64,000 bases of DNA from Candidatus Bathyarchaeia archaeon (GTDB taxonomy: Bacteria; Patescibacteriota; Microgenomatia; PFEM01; JAFGMK01). Below are positions 37,822 through 46,980 of this stretch, in pieces. Position 1 is the stretch's first letter. Every line of letters starts with the position of its first letter. Below the pieces are notes generated by a model. It ran no database searches. It was not told the origin of the DNA and saw nothing but the letters and a program-made list of their open reading frames with translations. The stretch spans positions 250,961 to 314,960 of the forward strand of contig DATKWK010000017.1 of the NCBI GenBank assembly GCA_035529595.1. Direction: 5' to 3'. Position numbers and translations under genes: made by a program.

Positions 37822-39416
37822 AAGGAATCAACATTGATTACCGGTATCAATTCTTCCTCAAAGTGTCTTAGCAGTAATTTTTTAATCATTATTCGTATTT
37901 TCTTGAGTTCGGTTTTGGGTATTTTCATGCCAAGCAAATTCTTTTTAATTTGTCTTAAAACTATATTCGGCACGCCCCAAGAGCTAATTTTAATTTCTCC
38001 GTTTCTTGGATGGACTAAGACAGTTAACAGTCCCCGTTGAGCAGCTTTTTTTCTTTGATTGATAATTTCCGATCCATCCTTGACTACCAGGTCACTGATT
38101 ACTACTCCCGGTTTTTTCATTTTGCCGCCTGTTTTCTTAAAACCTCGCTGATTAATAATCACTGGCTGGTTATTTTTTGCCAAGATTAACTGCCCTTTTT
38201 GATAGCCTAGTGAGTGGGCAAGATGGGCCAGTTGGTGCCGAAAGGAAATATAGCCTTCAACCGGCAGTATAAATCGCGGTTTAAGTAATTGAATCATTTC
38301 TTTAAGTTCATCCTGATGAGCGTGGCCGCCGGCATGAATGTCAATAATGTCATCGGTATATACCCGGCAGCCGCGGTCGGCGAAGCTGTCCACCATTTTT
38401 TGGATGGTGACGATATTGCTGGGGATTGAAGAAGATGAAAGAATGATTGTGTCAGTCGGCTTTATCTTAAAGTTACCTGTTTTTGCTTCAAGCATTCGCT
38501 TCAAGGCTGCTTTTTCTTCGCCCTGACTGCCGGTGGCCAGCAGCAGGATTTGCGAATCAGGGTAGTTTTTCATTTCTTCAGCGTCTTTAAATTTCAAACT
38601 TCTGTCCAGCAGATCCATTTCTTTGGCAATTCTGATTGTTTTCTCCAAGGTTGTTCCTTTGATGAAACTTTGCCGCCCATACTTTTTACCAATAAGCGTG
38701 ATTTGATTGATACGCGTTATCATTTGGGCGAAGGTACTGACGATGACTCTTCCGGCCGATTTCTTAATCAGTTTATCTAAATTTTCGGCGATAGAAGTCT
38801 CTGATCTTGAGTGACCCTCTCTATTCGCTCTGGTACTGTCAATCATTGCGACAAGAATATTTTCTTGACTAGCCTGCCGAAGGGAATCATAATCAGATAC
38901 TTTCTCCCGGAAAGGGGCCTCGTCTAACTTGAAGTCACCGGTATGGAAAATATTTCCATAGTTAGTTTTTAGAAGGTATCCATAGCTGCCGATGATACTG
39001 TGGGTCAAATGAATCGCTTTTATATTTACTTTCCCCAGGTTTACTTCTTGACGGGGATAAAGAGGAATAAAGCGAGTCAATTTTTCTTTTTTAAATCTTC
39101 TCAAGTGTTGCCTAATCAATTGAATGGTAAAGGGAGAACCATAAATCGGCGGATAGCCGAGCTTGTCAATTAGGAAGGGAAGAGCGCCCCGATGGTCATA
39201 ATGACCATGAGTTATAAGCAGTCCTCTTATCTTGTCAAGTTTACTTTCAAGCAGGTCGATATTGGGGATGTAGTAATCTAGGCCGAAACATTCATCGTCA
39301 AAGTTATTCCCAAGGTCGATGATGACTATGTCGTCTGCTGTCTCGATCACCGTAGAGTTAAGGCCGATTTCTTCCTGGCCTCCTAGTACGGTAATTTTAA
39401 GTTGATCGTCATTCAT
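37818..39416 (-). CDS. rnj: ribonuclease J (metallo-beta-lactamase / beta-CASP)
   Basis: HGHYDHRG motif II, a beta-CASP region and a C-terminal domain. 532 aa. Confidence 0.9.
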   Translation of the reverse strand: MNDDQLKITVLGGQEEIGLNSTVIETADDIVIIDLGNNFDDECFGLDYYIPNIDLLESKLDKIRGLLITHGHYDHRGALPFLIDKLGYPPIYGSPFTIQLIRQHLRRFKKEKLTRFIPLYPRQEVNLGKVNIKAIHLTHSIIGSYGYLLKTNYGNIFHTGDFKLDEAPFREKVSDYDSLRQASQENILVAMIDSTRANREGHSRSETSIAENLDKLIKKSAGRVIVSTFAQMITRINQITLIGKKYGRQSFIKGTTLEKTIRIAKEMDLLDRSLKFKDAEEMKNYPDSQILLLATGSQGEEKAALKRMLEAKTGNFKIKPTDTIILSSSSIPSNIVTIQKMVDSFADRGCRVYTDDIIDIHAGGHAHQDELKEMIQLLKPRFILPVEGYISFRHQLAHLAHSLGYQKGQLILAKNNQPVIINQRGFKKTGGKMKKPGVVISDLVVKDGSEIINQRKKAAQRGLLTVLVHPRNGEIKISSWGVPNIVLRQIKKNLLGMKIPKTELKKIRIMIKKLLLRHFEEELIPVINVDSF

Positions 39417-39631
39417 TATTTTATTATTCTAACCTTTTTTTTGTGTTAATAAAAGTAGTTTCTTTAGTTCAGGTCAAGACACGTCGGGTATGAAAATATT
39501 GGGCGTCTAATCAAGAAGCTCTAGCGGATTTCCGAGTTTCAAGATGAAGATAAAAGATGGGTGGGAGTGAGTCTGCGGGTTACGGTGTGTCTTTAAGTCC
39601 GCCTCGGTGCTAAAATACAAGCAGGAGAAGA

Positions 39632-40636
39632 ATGAAAAAATTACTGGTAATTTGCGGACCGACGGCAACCGGTAAAACCAGTCTCGGGCTGCATTTGGCT
39701 AAAAATTTTGATGGCGAGCTCGTTTCGGCCGACTCCCGCCAGGTTTACCGGGGAATGAATATTGGCACCGGTAAAGAATTAGCGTCAAATTCTGAATTCA
39801 GAATTCTAAATTCTAAAATTGAATATAAAATTAGAGAATCTCTGGATAAGAAAGTAACAATTGGTGTCTATAAAGTCGGCAATGTTGCTGTTTGGGGATT
39901 TGATCTAGTCGAACCAAATCAGGATTTTTCCGTTGCCTTATATTGTAAGTTTGCCAAATGGGCGATTGAAGATATCTGGAAAAGAGATAAGTTACCGGTT
40001 TTGGTGGGAGGGACCGGCTTTTATCTTAAGGCGATCACGGACGGGATTGAAACTTTGGGGATGCCTCCCGATTGGGAATTGCGTTGGCGTCTGAGAAATT
40101 TAACGGTTGCGGATCTGTTTAATCTTCTTGCCCGGCTTGACCCGGATAAAACAGCCACTCTAAATTATTCTGACCGTCGGAATCCGCGCCGGCTTATTCG
40201 AGCAATTGAATTAAGTTATCAGAAAGATAGCTCAAAAGAGAAAAAGGGAGTTGAAAAACTAAACCTGGAAAAACTACTGACTATTGGTTTGATTGCAGCC
40301 AATAAAGTAATTTATGAGAGAATTGACCGGCGGGTTGAGAATAGATTAAAACAAGGGATTGAAGAAGAGATAAAAGGTCTTCTGAAAAAAGGTTACAGCT
40401 GGGATAACTCGGTACTTAACCAGACTTTAGGTTATCGGGAATGGCGGTCTTTTTTTGAGGGAAAATCATCAAGAGAAGACGTGGTGCAGCGCTGGAAATA
40501 TAATGAACATGCCTATGTTAGGAGACAGTTAACTTGGTTTAGGAGAGATAAGCGAGTCAGGTGGTTTGATATAATCGAAAAGGATTGGCAAGTGAAGGCA
40601 GAGAAACAAATAACCCTTTGGTTTAAGGAAAATTGA
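39632..40636 (+). CDS. miaA: tRNA dimethylallyltransferase
   Basis: P-loop GPTATGKT, then SADSRQVYRGMNIGT. About 30-aa insertion after the P-loop region. Confidence 0.9.
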   Translation: MKKLLVICGPTATGKTSLGLHLAKNFDGELVSADSRQVYRGMNIGTGKELASNSEFRILNSKIEYKIRESLDKKVTIGVYKVGNVAVWGFDLVEPNQDFSVALYCKFAKWAIEDIWKRDKLPVLVGGTGFYLKAITDGIETLGMPPDWELRWRLRNLTVADLFNLLARLDPDKTATLNYSDRRNPRRLIRAIELSYQKDSSKEKKGVEKLNLEKLLTIGLIAANKVIYERIDRRVENRLKQGIEEEIKGLLKKGYSWDNSVLNQTLGYREWRSFFEGKSSREDVVQRWKYNEHAYVRRQLTWFRRDKRVRWFDIIEKDWQVKAEKQITLWFKEN

Positions 40637-40675
40637 AATTAGAAATTGTAAATTGATTATGTTATATTTTAGCTA

Positions 40676-41683
40676 ATGGTTAGAAAAGTCGAAGTATCCC
40701 ACCGGACGATTGTTTTTACGGTTCTTTTTCTGGTTTTCCTCTGGCTGCTTTATCAAATTAAGGACATTATTTTTAATCTCTTTATTGCTTTTGTGATGAT
40801 GGCGGCTCTCAATTCCTCAGTAGAAAAAATGGAAAAGATTAAAATCCCCAGGCCGATTGCCATTATCATGATTTATTTGGTTTTTTTCGGTTTTATCAGC
40901 GTGGTGATAGCTGGAGTTATTCCCCCCTTGGTTGATCAAACTTCAACTCTGATTAATAAAATCCCAAACTACGTCAAGGAAATTAACCTTCCTTGGCTTA
41001 ATAAGGAGGCAATTTTGTCCCAGTTTTCGTCCCTGGCATCAATTCCTGAAAACTTGGTTAAATTAACGGTTAATGTGTTCAGGAATATTCTGGCAATTTT
41101 CGTACTGGCGGTTATTAATTTCTACTTATTGATGGAAAGAAAAAACCTGGGAAAATATTTAACCGTTTTATTCGGAGGTGATGGCCATGACAGAGCAGCC
41201 AAATTTATCGAAAGATTGGAGGGGCGTTTGGGAAGCTGGGTTAGAGCTGAGCTTCTTTTGATGACAATTATTGGGGTTATGTCTTATATCGGTTTGAGAA
41301 TTTTAGGTATTGATTTTGCTCTGCCATTGGCGGTTTTTGCTGGTTTTTTGGAAGTTGTGCCCAATATCGGGCCGACTATTTCAGCGATTCCGGCGGTGAT
41401 TTCCGGTTTGACTATATCTCCTCTATACGGTTTAGCGGTATTGGCTCTTTATTTCTTAATTCAACAGGTTGAAAACAGTATAATTGTCCCTAAGGTGATG
41501 GAAAAAGGACTTGGTCTTAATCCCTTAGTGGTTATTGTCTGCTTGGCAGTTGGTTTAAGGCTTGGGGGTATTATCGGTATGATATTGGCGATTCCCGTCT
41601 TTCTAGTGATCCAAGAAATTTCTTCAGAAATTGTTATTCTGGATCGTTTTTCCAAAAACTCAAAAAGCCCGGGAAGCTTGTAA
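40676..41683 (+). CDS. AI-2E family transporter (UPF0118/PF01594)
   Basis: 8 TM helices and the family-typical loop IERLEGRLGSWVRAELLLMTIIGVMSYIGL. Confidence 0.82.
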   Translation: MVRKVEVSHRTIVFTVLFLVFLWLLYQIKDIIFNLFIAFVMMAALNSSVEKMEKIKIPRPIAIIMIYLVFFGFISVVIAGVIPPLVDQTSTLINKIPNYVKEINLPWLNKEAILSQFSSLASIPENLVKLTVNVFRNILAIFVLAVINFYLLMERKNLGKYLTVLFGGDGHDRAAKFIERLEGRLGSWVRAELLLMTIIGVMSYIGLRILGIDFALPLAVFAGFLEVVPNIGPTISAIPAVISGLTISPLYGLAVLALYFLIQQVENSIIVPKVMEKGLGLNPLVVIVCLAVGLRLGGIIGMILAIPVFLVIQEISSEIVILDRFSKNSKSPGSL

Positions 41684-41995
41684 GCCAGATTCTGTTCTCC
41701 GGCTAAAAGTCGGAGTGCAGCTATCTATCTTGTGCCCTCTATCCTTGAAGCGTAGCCGAAACTTCGGCTTCGGGGAAGCATCCTGGTAACGCTTCGGTCG
41801 GAGGTTGCAGCGGGGAGGGTTGCCTCTTTTCACTCTCTATTCCGACAGTTACGTCGGACTGAGTCGTCGTCTCTGTGGTCCTATCTGTCTTCCGACTTTG
41901 CAGTCGGAGCCTCCGAATTTACTCGGAGCACCCTGCTTCCTGCTGTCTGGACTTTCCTGGCCGAAATTTCGGCCTCGCTGCCGGCTTCCCGGACC
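41667..41995 (-). ncRNA. rnpB: RNase P RNA (bacterial type; compact)
   Basis: The minus strand reads ...CCGGGAAGC(P1)...CCAGGAAAGUCCAGACAGCAGGAAGCAGGGUGCUCC...ACAGAAUCUGGCUUA...GCUUCCCGG(P1'). The universally conserved P4 is present, with the bulged U and compensatory changes (AAGUCCAGA / UCUGGCUU). The RNA has many UUCG/GAAA-capped helices. The 3' P1 strand overlaps the last ~17 nt of the AI-2E gene. The end coordinates are approximate (about 10 nt either way). Confidence 0.78.
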
Positions 41996-42052
41996 ACCTA
42001 AATTATACTAGACTGGCACAATTTTTGCTAATTGTTGTATACTCAGCCAATT

Positions 42053-42271
42053 TTAACTTTTGCTTTTTTCTTTTAGATCCCAGTTTTCGCGAAGATTTTG
42101 AATCCTTTTTACTAACTCATCGCAGTACTTAAGTCCTTCTTCAAGATAGTACTTCGTTTTTTTGTCTACCGGTTGGGTCTTTTCCATCAGAAGGTAGAAG
42201 AAAATATTGCGAACCGATGAAACCGGGCCCAATAGATTGTGAAATAAAACAGAGACCTTATCCTTTTCCAT
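42053..42271 (-). CDS. free-standing HisKA/DHp (histidine-kinase phosphoacceptor) domain mini-protein, about 72 aa
   Basis: KVSVLFHNLLGPVSSVRNIFFYLLMEK...LEEGLKYCDELVKRIQNLRE aligns residue-for-residue with the DHp of both neighbouring kinases (FVSIASHELRTPMTAVNNYIWMTL / FVSVASHELRAPMTTIKGYISMIL), including the phospho-His. No ATPase domain is present. Start chosen at MEKDK (42271). Confidence 0.5.
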   Translation of the reverse strand: MEKDKVSVLFHNLLGPVSSVRNIFFYLLMEKTQPVDKKTKYYLEEGLKYCDELVKRIQNLRENWDLKEKSKS

Positions 42272-42344
42272 AACTAGTATTCTACTATAATGTTGCCAAC
42301 TTTGCATTGATTATAGCGCTAAATCATGTTATCCTTATTCTATA

Positions 42345-42719
42345 ATGGAAAAGATACTGTTGGTTGAAGATGATAAGCATACGCGCGATCTTTATAGGTT
42401 ATTCCTTAAAGAAGCCGGCTATCAGGTTGAGATAGCTGAAGATGGTAAAACCGGTTTGTCGAAGGCAATCCAGGGAGGATATGACTTGATTCTTCTTGAT
42501 ATTATCTTACCGGAGATAGACGGCTTGAAATTCCTGGAGGAATTCAAAAAAGTTTCCCCTCGGCCAAAAAGTAAAGTGGTGATGTTGACGGTTTTAGATC
42601 AGGACGACTATCTTAAAAAGGCGATCGATCTGGGTGCGGCCGGCTATTTAGTTAAAAGTATCCTTAGTCCGGATGAAGTTTTGGCGATGGTGAAGGGCTT
42701 TTTAAAAGATAAACCATAG
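42345..42719 (+). CDS. single-domain response regulator (receiver only, CheY-like)
   Basis: LLVEDD...D(55) in LILLDIILPEIDG...K. No output domain. Confidence 0.85.
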   Translation: MEKILLVEDDKHTRDLYRLFLKEAGYQVEIAEDGKTGLSKAIQGGYDLILLDIILPEIDGLKFLEEFKKVSPRPKSKVVMLTVLDQDDYLKKAIDLGAAGYLVKSILSPDEVLAMVKGFLKDKP

Positions 42720-42722
42720 GTA

Positions 42723-43091
42723 TTACTTCAGATAGGCTTTTATCTTTTCCACCAGTTTATCCGGTGTCAGCGAACTCTTAATCAGGTACTCGTCAACTTC
42801 AATCCGGCCTTTCTTTTTCATGATTGCTTCACCGCTTAAATTAGTCAGCAGGAAAATCGTTTTGCTTTGTTTTAGTTTGCCCTCTTTTTGCAGTTTTTGG
42901 AGAATATCGATACCGTCAAGCTTGGGCAACATGATATCTAAAAGAACTAGATCATAGCTTTTTTTCTTCATTTCTTCATAGCCTTTTTGACCGTCACTGG
43001 CGCAGGTTATCTGATAACCCTCATCTTTTAAGACTTCCTCGTAGATATCTCTGATGAATTGATCGTCTTCAACGATTAAGATTTTTTTCAA
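42723..43091 (-). CDS. single-domain response regulator (receiver only)
   Basis: ILIVEDD, LVLLDIMLPKLDG and a conserved T/K. Its ATG overlaps the stop of the upstream kinase (ATGA). Confidence 0.85.
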   Translation of the reverse strand: MKKILIVEDDQFIRDIYEEVLKDEGYQITCASDGQKGYEEMKKKSYDLVLLDIMLPKLDGIDILQKLQKEGKLKQSKTIFLLTNLSGEAIMKKKGRIEVDEYLIKSSLTPDKLVEKIKAYLK

Positions 43092-45859
43092 GGTTTCACC
43101 TCCTCGGTAACTTTTAGGTTAAAATAAAAAGTTGAGCCCTTTTCCGGTTTTGATTCTGCTCCGATTTTCCCGTGGTGGAGATCGATAATTTGCTTGCAGA
43201 TATAAAGCCCCAGGCCGGTACCGCCGGTTTCGGCCACCGTGGCAAAGGATTTTTCCAAACGGCCAAATTTTTTAAATAGCTTTGGAATATCGCTTTTGGC
43301 AATTCCGCGGCCGGTATCGCTAATTTGGGTAGAGATCAGTTTCCCTTTCCGTTTAAAAGAAATTTTGATCGTACCGTTGATATCGGTGAATTTAATCGCA
43401 TTGCCGATCAAGTTAAGTAGTACCTCTCTGATTCTGTCCTGGTCAAGTGATACCAGGGGTAATTCCTTTTTGGGAGTTTCAAGAAAAGTTTTGATTTTCT
43501 TCTCTTTGGCTTTTGGTTGCAGCTCTTCAAAAACATTTTTTGCCAAAGCAACAATATTTCCCGGTGTCGGGTTGACTTCCAATTTGCCACCCTCAATTCG
43601 GGAGACGGTTAGCATATCTTCAACCAGGCTGATCAGTCTTTTTGTCGATAGGGCCGCTCTTTCCAGATAGAACTGCTGTTTTTGGGAAATTTTTCCGCCT
43701 TTGCCGTGCAAAGTCATCCAAATATAGTTATTAACGGCGGTCATCGGTGTTCGCAGCTCATGGCTGGCAATAGAAACAAACTCGTCTTTCATCCGGTCCA
43801 GCTCCCGGAGTTTTAAGTTAATTTTTCTTAATTTTCCGATGCTTTTTTCTAATCTATCGTAAAGAAGGGTGTTATCAAGGGCAATACCGGTTTGATCGAT
43901 AACACTTTGCATTAAATCTCTTTCCCGGGAAGAAATTTCTCTCTCGGCTTTTTTCCAGGCAAAAACCAAGACGCCCAGCACCTTTGTTTTACTGATGATC
44001 GGGTAAGCCCAATAAGTTTGGGTTTTAATTTTCATCTGCCATTTTTTTAATTTTACCGGTGATAAGGAAGGAGGGAAAACATCAACTAGATTTTCGGCAT
44101 AGATCTCCCGTTTAGTATTGATTGTTTTGGTTACCGATCCGTTTTCAATATCCAGCGGAAAGTAGATATCTTCGATAGCGATTTTTCTTGAAGCCAAAAG
44201 CCTGGCTAGTTGGGACTGGCTGGTAATGGCCTTAAAATAAAGTCGGTTATGGTTTTCATCAATCAGGCCGATTAAGCCAAATTGGCATCTCAGCTCTAAA
44301 GATAAGGCGTCAACGATTTTTTGACACAAGCTATTGATATCCAAGGTTTCCATTATGATAAGATCAAGGCGCCGTAAAGCTGCTAGAAAGCGATTTTGAT
44401 CCGTCAGTTCATGGGTGGCTTTCCTGATTTCCTCTTTCAGTTTTGCATTGAAGGTTTGGATTTCTGAAAACAGTCTGGCATTTTCGACGGCAAAAGAGGT
44501 TTGCGGAGTAAAGTTTTCCAGTACCCGGAGCTCGTTTAGGGTAAAAGCATCTAGTGACGGTTTTTCGCCAATAAATAAAAAGCCGTTTAAGGTTTCCTTG
44601 GTTCTAATAGGTAGGATGGTGGCTATTTCTTTAAACTTCATCTGGTTGACAATTTCTTGAGTCAGATGATCGTTCATTTGGGTAGCCTTTTTTGACAGCT
44701 CTTCTTGGATGAATGGAGACTGGTTACTTTCGGTAAATTTGATTAGGCTGTTGATATTATCCCAGTTAACTTTTTTGTCTCCGGAGCTGATAAAGCGGTA
44801 ATCTTTTCCTTCATCGATTTGAGAATCCATTAAAAGAAAGCCGGCAAACTTAATATTGAGCTCTTCTTTTAGAGTTTTTGAGACGTGGGTTAGCATTTCT
44901 TCAAAACCGATAGTTGAGGAAAGAATATCAGTGAGTTTTTCCAAAAGAATTTTAGGCTCATAACCGCTTCTGAAAAGATATCTACGGGTGAAGTTGCCTG
45001 ATTTTTCAGCTAAGTATTCAAAAGAAAAAACAATAAAGATCATTGCGCCAATAATTGGGAAAATAACTTCGCGAGGAACGCTTCTTTCAAAGACTAAGCC
45101 GTAGAAATAAGTCGCGGTACCTGAAATCAGAGAAAGAACAATCGCAATAATCGTTTTAACAATCAAGTTTTTTACCAGCAGCCTTAAGTCCAGCAAACGA
45201 TATCTGATGATGGCATAGCTGGTTGAGGTGATAAAAGGAACAATAAAAAGCGAGGACGCCCAAAAATACTTTGAGCTGCCTGCATAAAGAGGAACAATTA
45301 TATCCACGATTATCGTTCCGACAGCCAAAATAAAAACTCCCACAAAAATATACTTTAACTGAAGCCGGACAATTCCTTTGTAGGTGGCGTATTTCCTGAT
45401 GAAATTTCTAAAGATCAGTCCGCCAAAAAGAAGGTTGAATAAACCCCAGTATTTGTAAGCCGGCCCTAAAATAGTTTCAAAACCCCAGTCAGTTTCGACT
45501 ACCCCTTTGACCCATTTATTAGTAAACCAAAGTAAATATAGAAAGACGGCCGCAGTCGACCAATAAACTACCTGCCAGCGATTGGCTGCTTCGGTTCTCT
45601 CTTCCGGAAAAACAAAAGAAAAGTAAAGCGATGAGGCAATCAGGAAAAAAACCAGCGAAAAAACGACTTTGATCCAAGTTAAGCCGGAAAAAAGAATCGG
45701 TTGCGTATAGAAAAAAAGGCTTAGGGACCAGGTTGCCCCCGCCAAACAGAAAGCCGCCAAAGAGATATTGACCGGGCTTTTTCTACCTTTATGAAGAACA
45801 CTAGTGCCAAGGAGAGAGGTAAATATTGAAGTCAGAACACTAAGAAATCTTAAGTCCAT
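43088..45859 (-). CDS. sensor histidine kinase: N-terminal ~7-TM domain, two GAF-like domains, HisKA, HATPase_c
   Basis: 923 aa. H-box SHELRTPM, N-box NLIGNAIKFT, G1 DTGRGI, G2 GGTGLGL. Confidence 0.9.
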   Translation of the reverse strand: MDLRFLSVLTSIFTSLLGTSVLHKGRKSPVNISLAAFCLAGATWSLSLFFYTQPILFSGLTWIKVVFSLVFFLIASSLYFSFVFPEERTEAANRWQVVYWSTAAVFLYLLWFTNKWVKGVVETDWGFETILGPAYKYWGLFNLLFGGLIFRNFIRKYATYKGIVRLQLKYIFVGVFILAVGTIIVDIIVPLYAGSSKYFWASSLFIVPFITSTSYAIIRYRLLDLRLLVKNLIVKTIIAIVLSLISGTATYFYGLVFERSVPREVIFPIIGAMIFIVFSFEYLAEKSGNFTRRYLFRSGYEPKILLEKLTDILSSTIGFEEMLTHVSKTLKEELNIKFAGFLLMDSQIDEGKDYRFISSGDKKVNWDNINSLIKFTESNQSPFIQEELSKKATQMNDHLTQEIVNQMKFKEIATILPIRTKETLNGFLFIGEKPSLDAFTLNELRVLENFTPQTSFAVENARLFSEIQTFNAKLKEEIRKATHELTDQNRFLAALRRLDLIIMETLDINSLCQKIVDALSLELRCQFGLIGLIDENHNRLYFKAITSQSQLARLLASRKIAIEDIYFPLDIENGSVTKTINTKREIYAENLVDVFPPSLSPVKLKKWQMKIKTQTYWAYPIISKTKVLGVLVFAWKKAEREISSRERDLMQSVIDQTGIALDNTLLYDRLEKSIGKLRKINLKLRELDRMKDEFVSIASHELRTPMTAVNNYIWMTLHGKGGKISQKQQFYLERAALSTKRLISLVEDMLTVSRIEGGKLEVNPTPGNIVALAKNVFEELQPKAKEKKIKTFLETPKKELPLVSLDQDRIREVLLNLIGNAIKFTDINGTIKISFKRKGKLISTQISDTGRGIAKSDIPKLFKKFGRLEKSFATVAETGGTGLGLYICKQIIDLHHGKIGAESKPEKGSTFYFNLKVTEEVKP

Positions 45860-45899
45860 TACCTTGATTATAAGTTAAGACGGGGAAGAAAAACAATTG

Positions 45900-46757
45900 T
45901 CAGGCTTTTACTGCCCGGAGAGCATGGCCGGCAGGACCCTCAGGATCTTCAGGCCAGAAAGTGTTTTCTACTTGGGTAACTCTCAATCCGTTTCTCGAAA
46001 TAAGATTTGTCATTTCTTCAAGTGTCGGTCGGGTAGCCCCGACCAGGCCAGAGGTAATTTGTCGTTCCATAGCATCAGTATGGGTTCTGGAAAAAAGCGC
46101 TCCTGCAGTTGCCCGCCAACTATGTCTTATTTCGTCTCGGATATGGCGCTTGACTCTTGCTTGATTCCATCTTTTATTTCGGAAACCAATGACTGCCTGG
46201 CCATTTGGAGTAAGATGCTTGGCGATTTGGGTCATTACTTGCTCTCTTTGGTCAGGTGTCAGCCAGCAAATTACCAGGTGGGAAAAGATGGCATCAAATT
46301 GGCCTTCTACGCCTTGCTCTTGCCATGGTTTGGCAATATCCACTTGCCGCAGGTCGATTTTTTGTACAGGATTTGCTCGCCCTAGTTCTTTAGCAAGACT
46401 TTGGGCGTCTGCAAGCATTGTTTCGGAAAGATCAAGTCCCAAAAGGTAATCTGCTTGGGTGGCCGCCAAAATAGGTGGAAAGGCAGTTCCCTTACCGCAG
46501 CCAAGATCTAGGACACTGCCTCTGGGTATAGAAGGTAGAAGTTCGAGGGTTGTTTCAAGACTTTCTCGGTAAACATGAAGCCGCGTAAATGCTGCATAAG
46601 CTGAATCTGCCTGAGTAATCGCTGACATTTGTTCATATACCCAAGCTTGAACCCGGTTTCCAGCACCCTTAGCCCACTCTGGCCAATCTGCTCCATATCT
46701 TTCCCACCAACCTGGATCGATTTTTGGTCCTGTAGCTGCTTGTGCTTCGACAGTCAT
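45900..46757 (-). CDS. class I SAM-dependent methyltransferase with atypical (GC-rich) composition
   Basis: VLDLGCGKGTAF motif I, LDLSETML and FDAIFSHLVICWL. Codons are visibly GC-richer than the flanking genes (GCC/GGC/CTG-rich). Long shadow ORFs on the opposite strand agree with that. Confidence 0.75.
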   Translation of the reverse strand: MTVEAQAATGPKIDPGWWERYGADWPEWAKGAGNRVQAWVYEQMSAITQADSAYAAFTRLHVYRESLETTLELLPSIPRGSVLDLGCGKGTAFPPILAATQADYLLGLDLSETMLADAQSLAKELGRANPVQKIDLRQVDIAKPWQEQGVEGQFDAIFSHLVICWLTPDQREQVMTQIAKHLTPNGQAVIGFRNKRWNQARVKRHIRDEIRHSWRATAGALFSRTHTDAMERQITSGLVGATRPTLEEMTNLISRNGLRVTQVENTFWPEDPEGPAGHALRAVKA

Positions 46758-46857
46758 TTTTTCCCTTTAGATAGGTAAAAATTGATTGATCGTATTTTAA
46801 CATATAAGTCAAGAAAATTAAACCTATAGTCGAAATTAACAGTAAGGTATGCAGTCG

Positions 46858-46922
46858 TATTGATACCTTGTGACCCCAATAATCTAATACACGCCGGGGT
46901 GTAACTCTATTGACACCTTGGG
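46858..46922 (+). promoter_or_regulatory. 15-nt direct repeat pair (TATTGATACCTTGTG ... TATTGACACCTTGGG, 50-nt spacing) upstream of the kinase gene at 46981
   Basis: DR1 at 46858-46872 and DR2 at 46908-46922. Between them lies GTGACCCC...GGGGTGTAAC, a partial inverted repeat. Confidence 0.3.
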
Positions 46923-46980
46923 AATTCAGGTTTTCCAGTTTATTGCATCCTCAAGCTGATAATGATATTCTGTATTTAAG

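Noticed and set aside
39417-39631. GC-richer stretch upstream of miaA (gggtgggagtgagtctgcgggttacggtgtgtctttaagtccgcctcggtgc) as a tRNA or riboswitch
   Set aside because: It could not be folded into a cloverleaf or any recognisable riboswitch core. It is likely a promoter/5'-UTR for miaA or for the divergent rnj.
41805-42132. 68-aa and 85-aa ORFs in the 41.7-42.0 kb GC-rich region
   Set aside because: The region is the RNase P RNA gene on the opposite strand. The ORF products are Pro/Arg/Leu-rich, without an RBS or homology.
45897-46449. Plus-strand ORFs (162, 67 and 86 aa) opposite the GC-rich methyltransferase
   Set aside because: A high-GC segment lacks stop codons on all frames. The minus-strand product has clear SAM-methyltransferase motifs and the plus-strand translations have none.
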